Positions 59,625 through 64,000 of a stretch of DNA of 64,000 nt are shown here, one piece after another. The DNA comes from Antedon mediterranea (taxonomy: Eukaryota > Animalia > Echinodermata): positions 13,906,871 to 13,970,870 of the forward strand of contig NC_092676.1 in NCBI RefSeq assembly GCF_964355755.1. Direction: 5' to 3'. The translations under genes were made by a program, and so were the position numbers. Below the pieces are notes generated by a model. The model did not search any database. It was not told the origin of the DNA and was given only the letters and a program-made list of their open reading frames with translations. How positions within the stretch are numbered: the stretch's first letter is position 1; the number at the start of each line of letters is the position of its first letter.

Positions 59625-60935
59625 GGGTATTGCTAAACTGCGCAAACACTGCGCAAACTGCAACAAAAAAAGCTGCGCAAACCTCCTTCAAAACAATTAT
59701 TATTGATTAGAACACAACTAGAACTATATAGGGAGACAATTTATGAGAAAAAAAATTTGAAATTCCTTTAAGTTTGCCTTTTTTTGGTGAAAAACTTCAA
59801 TTTTTGGGAAAATTACTGATTTCACAGCGCAAAGAACAAAAAAAAGCTGCGCAAACCTCCTTCAAAACAATTATTATTGATTAGAACACAACTAGAACTA
59901 TATAGGGAGACAATTTATGAGAAAAAAAAATTGAAATTCCTTTAAGTTTGCCTTTTTTTGGTGAAAAACTTCAATTTTTGGGAAAATTACTGATTTCACA
60001 GCGCAAAGAACAAAAAAAGCTGCGCAAACCTCCTTTAAAACAATTAATATTGATAGAACACAACTAGAACTATATAGGGAGACAATTTATGAGAAAAAAA
60101 ATTTGAAATTCCTTTAAGTTTGCCTTTTTTTGGGTGAAAAACTTCAATTTTTGGGAAAATTACTGATTTCACAGCGCAAACAACAACAAAAAGCTGCGCA
60201 AACCTCCTTTAAATCAATTAATATTGATTAAAACACAAGTAGACCTATATAGGGAGACAATTTATGGGGAAACAAATTTGAAATTCCTTTAAGTTTGCCT
60301 TTTTTTTGTGTGAAAAACTTCAATTTTTAGGAAAATTACTGATTTCACAGCGCAAACAACAACAAAAAGCTGCGCAAACCTCCTTTAAATCAATTAATAT
60401 TGATTAAAACACAACTAGACCTATATAGGGAGACAATTTATGGGGAAAAAAATTTAAAATTCCTTTAATTTTGCCTTTTTTTTGGGGTGAAAAACTTCAA
60501 TTTTTGGGAAAATTACTGATTTCACAGCTCAAAAAAAAAAAAAAGCTGCGCAAACCTCCTTTAAATCAATTAATATTGATTAAAACACAACTAGACCTAT
60601 ATAGGGAGACAATTTATGGGAAAACAAATTTGAAATTCCTTTAAGTTTGCCTTTTTTTGGGTGAAAAACTTCAATTTTTGGGAAAATTACTGATTTCACA
60701 GCACAAACAACAAAAAAAGCTGTGCAAACCTCCTTTAAATCAATTAATATTGATTAAAACACAACTAGACCTATATAGGGAGACAATTTATGGGAAAACA
60801 AATTTGAAATTCCTTTAAGTTTGCCTTTTTTTTGGTGAAAAACTTCAATTTTCTAATAAATATTAATTGGTTTGAAGGAGGTTTGCGCAGCTTTTTTTGT
60901 TGTTTGCGCAGTGTTTGCGCAGTTTAGCAATACCC
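59625..60935. mobile_element. MULE/Foldback-type MITE filled with about 7 units of a ~175-bp tandem repeat
   Basis: TIR GGGTATTGCTAAACTGCGCAAACACTGCGCAAAC; exact 9-bp TSD GATATAATA at 59616-59624 and 60936-60944; AGCTG(C/T)GCAAACCTCC recurs at 59671, 59845, 60018, 60192, 60368, 60544 and 60718. Confidence 0.9.
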
Positions 60936-61633
60936 GATATAATACAGTACTATTATATTGTATACTATAAGGCACAAAATAGACAGAATTTAGCACAAAC
61001 ATATTATCAGGTCATAAGTGCTGTAATCTTTTTCTGTTCGCATTTTGGAGCGTACATGCACGTGGCATTGTTGTGCGGATAACTCACTCGTCAAAGTGAC
61101 GAGTTCAAATCTAGTTTCTGTTTTATCGTCGTCAGCAGAGGAGCCGTACTGAGTAGTTAAAAAAAAAAATCCTGCTAGAGGTTGCGGCAAACAGAATATT
61201 GCAATTCATGCCATGTGACAAAAAAAACTAGGTCTGTATTAATTACGGTCTTCTGTCAGCAGTCTTTTTGAGCGACTAACTGAACGTTCTGATACTATAT
61301 TTAGAATGAATTTTTTACTATCTTTTTTGTCGGCATCCCTTTTCGATCAACTGGACGTTCGATATAAACGAAGGTCGCAGCCACAATGGATTAACGTGAT
61401 CTTTTTACAGTATGCTGTCTTGTACTTTATTTTTCAAATTCGTGAAAGTTTTATGTCGCGAAAATGGCCGATGTAACCGATTCGCGAAAGTTTCAAGTTT
61501 CTGGTTTTACATATTATGCTCATAAATTCTAACTTTGTTAACAAATTTAAAAAATACAGCAACGACAAAGCTCAATAGCCTTTACAAAATAATCAATATA
61601 TTTCTTGTTTAATAAGTATAATAATTATTATTT

Positions 61634-62965
61634 ACTAGAGGGTGAGATCACTTCACTCGCTCTCCCTCTAGGAAGTGTAGACGATGGTTCTCGGAATGAT
61701 AATGTTCTCCTTGTACGTTTTCTGTCGGTTACCATTATTGAAAATGCTTGACATTCGTAAAACTAAACTAGTCTGTTTCACAAGGTGTCTTAGGTGATTA
61801 ATAACATTTTAAAGTATAGTGTTTATTGTTTGGTAGGGCCCTTATAGGGCAGAGGTGGGGAGGCGGAGTTCATTTGAGGGAGGTGGGTATTTGAGGGATA
61901 TGTTAAATTTTGTAGTTTTAATAATATGGTATTTTGGTAACATTTATATTTTATAATCAAATGAAATCCTCTAATAGATATGAAAAGTGGTAAAAAAGAA
62001 TAACAAATGCTTGGTAAATTGTAGATAACAGTGCGATGAATTCTACTACAAATAGTATAATTGTGTTATTATAAATGTGGATGGACGTTTATTAGATAGT
62101 TGGGTTGGGGGGGGGGGGATTATTATTCAAAGTGATGTTTTATTGGAGAGGTGTTTATTCAAATAAATACCATCCTAATAATTAATACATTATTTAATTT
62201 AAACATCTTTTGAAACTAACTTCCGTGACAGAGTGGGCCATTTCAGCCCAAGAAAGAAAACATTACGGCTTGCAACATGGGCAGACATCTCGGTCCTAAC
62301 GGGACACAGATGGCCTACAGTTATTCCTGCCAGCTTACTCAATAAAACTCGGCTATCGGGATTTTACTCGATTTAAAAAAAAATGTCTTATCATCAAATC
62401 TCCCTATGTAATTTTATAATACTGTTCCCCACAATATATTCCGATTCTTTATGGCGTATATTTAATTTGATCTTTATTAATTTGCAGTATAATTTTTATT
62501 TTTTAACTACTGTACCTTCACACGCGCAGTCCGTTCCTAAAATAAACAAAAAACTGAAATGGCTATAGCCACTAATGGCCAACTTAAGCTCCAGTCCTAC
62601 TATCGGTTTTTTTCTTCCGGTCTTCCAAAGGGACACTGTCTTGATTGATGGAAAGTGCCTGTTTCCAGTCACCTTTAGGATCAAATCTATTATTTTAACT
62701 GCTCCCTTGTGTATAAAAGAGAGAAAATAGTTGAAACCAGGTTGTTGCAAGGTGAACTCATCGTGAACCCGGAAATTACTTTGACCGCGAAGAATTGAAA
62801 TTGAGTTGAAAATCTACTGTTGAAATCATAAATTTTGTTAAAAAACTCTTTATAATATCTTCCTAAGATAGAAATATGGAACAATAGATAGATCAGGTAG
62901 GTATCCAAGGCAGAGATTTGTACCGAAGTTTTTCCATTGTGCTCGCCTATGTCAGAATTAATTTA
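61634..62965 (-). mobile_element. Second copy of the dispersed hairpin-terminated repeat at 24040-25193
   Basis: Reverse-complement similarity throughout (e.g. GGAAGTGTAGACGATGGTTCTC, GTGAACCCGGAAATTA, CCATTGTGCTCGCCTATGTCAGAATTAA). Confidence 0.7.
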
Positions 62966-64000
62966 TATATAGATACAGCTAGGCATTTGTGCAACGGAAA
63001 AATGGCCAATGATTTATATATTTATTTTCAATGCTATTCTCATTTATTACGACCTAATTCGATAAATATGGATTCAACTTCGTCTCATATACAGTAGGCC
63101 TAAGGAAATAGTGGCCGAGCTGCGGATTTGCTAAATAGTTGCATGTACGAAACGTTCACATGTACTGTGCCTGACCGGGTAGAAGCGCTCCTAATTAGGT
63201 AATACAACCTGTCAAATATAGATCTTCATGTACCTGCCCGTTGGCAGCGTTACACATAAGAACCAAGTGTAAATGCTGTGAAGCGTGGATTTACAGTAGA
63301 CCTTTGCACTGTTCACATGTGCGAAAGTCTGCCTAGTAGATTAAAAAAAGTTGTACTGTGTACATGCACTCAACAAAGAAAAAGATGTCCAATTGTCCCT
63401 GAAAAGGTTTCCAATATTGAATGGAAATCTCATGTATTATTTCTAGTTGTCTGGAGAAAACAATACTGCTCCAATAAATAGTCCAGAATGGAGAAAAACC
63501 AATACCTTTGTACAATGGAACTAAAGTAGAAATTTCCCACGATGGTCAATAGTGGCAGTCATACTGTAGGCGCGATGTGCTCAATTATCGTGGCACAGTC
63601 ACATTGTATAGCTGGATCTTTGCCTTGTATTTATAATTTTGTAATTTTAAATCAGTCAAACTAGCCTATGTAGGGGTGAAAACATTGACACCTCATTGAT
63701 AGAGATAATAACCATACAGACTTGGGATAAATCTAATTGATAGCCACAACAATATCTTTTTTTTTTTTCTGGCCCAGGTTGCATTATTTTTTCTCAGAAA
63801 TTATGAATAATTCATGACCCTATTTATGACATTATAGAGGTCGCTATATAGAGCATGGACACATATCAAATACTTTGTTTCAACCGGTTTTTCCATGCCA
63901 AACAGTCATCCATTTTTTTAATAGTTAGAGAGATTATTTAGAGGGTTAGGTTAAGTTATATTTAGGAAGTTTTAATGTAATGCAACTAAAATATATTTAA

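Noticed and set aside
63130-63600. Exon-like, less AT-rich segment with short ORFs
   Set aside because: No recognisable motif or consistent splice frame on either strand.

Overview
AT-rich, intron-rich animal genomic DNA. The repeat repertoire suggests a marine invertebrate, possibly an echinoderm (inference). The one clear host gene is a MORC3/4-type GHKL ATPase + CW zinc-finger gene on the minus strand. I could assemble 12 coding exons in frame (26918 down to 3393), and the gene continues off the left edge. It has one GC-AG intron and one probable U12-type intron. Nearly everything else is transposon-derived: L2/Crack, CR1 and Rex/Babar LINE fragments; two 5S-rRNA-headed SINEs with different bodies (one a 5S+tRNA+Deu/Nin chimera); an inverted pair of Penelope-like fragments with hammerhead-like motifs next to the MORC start; a decayed THAP9/P-element transposase; a 12.5-kb MULE-like element with a 9-bp TSD holding many nested insertions; and several MITEs carrying internal satellites. 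The most striking pattern, seen by comparing paralogous repeat copies, is two classes of micro-insertion that look like DNA-transposon excision footprints. One class is CA(T/G)GGAG-ended palindromes with 7-bp duplications (P-element-like). The other is TA-CAG/CTG-TA and TA-GGCC-TA insertions, which may explain the pervasive TAGGCCTA/TACAGTA motifs. All translations and alignments were done by eye, so coordinates of decayed elements are approximate.
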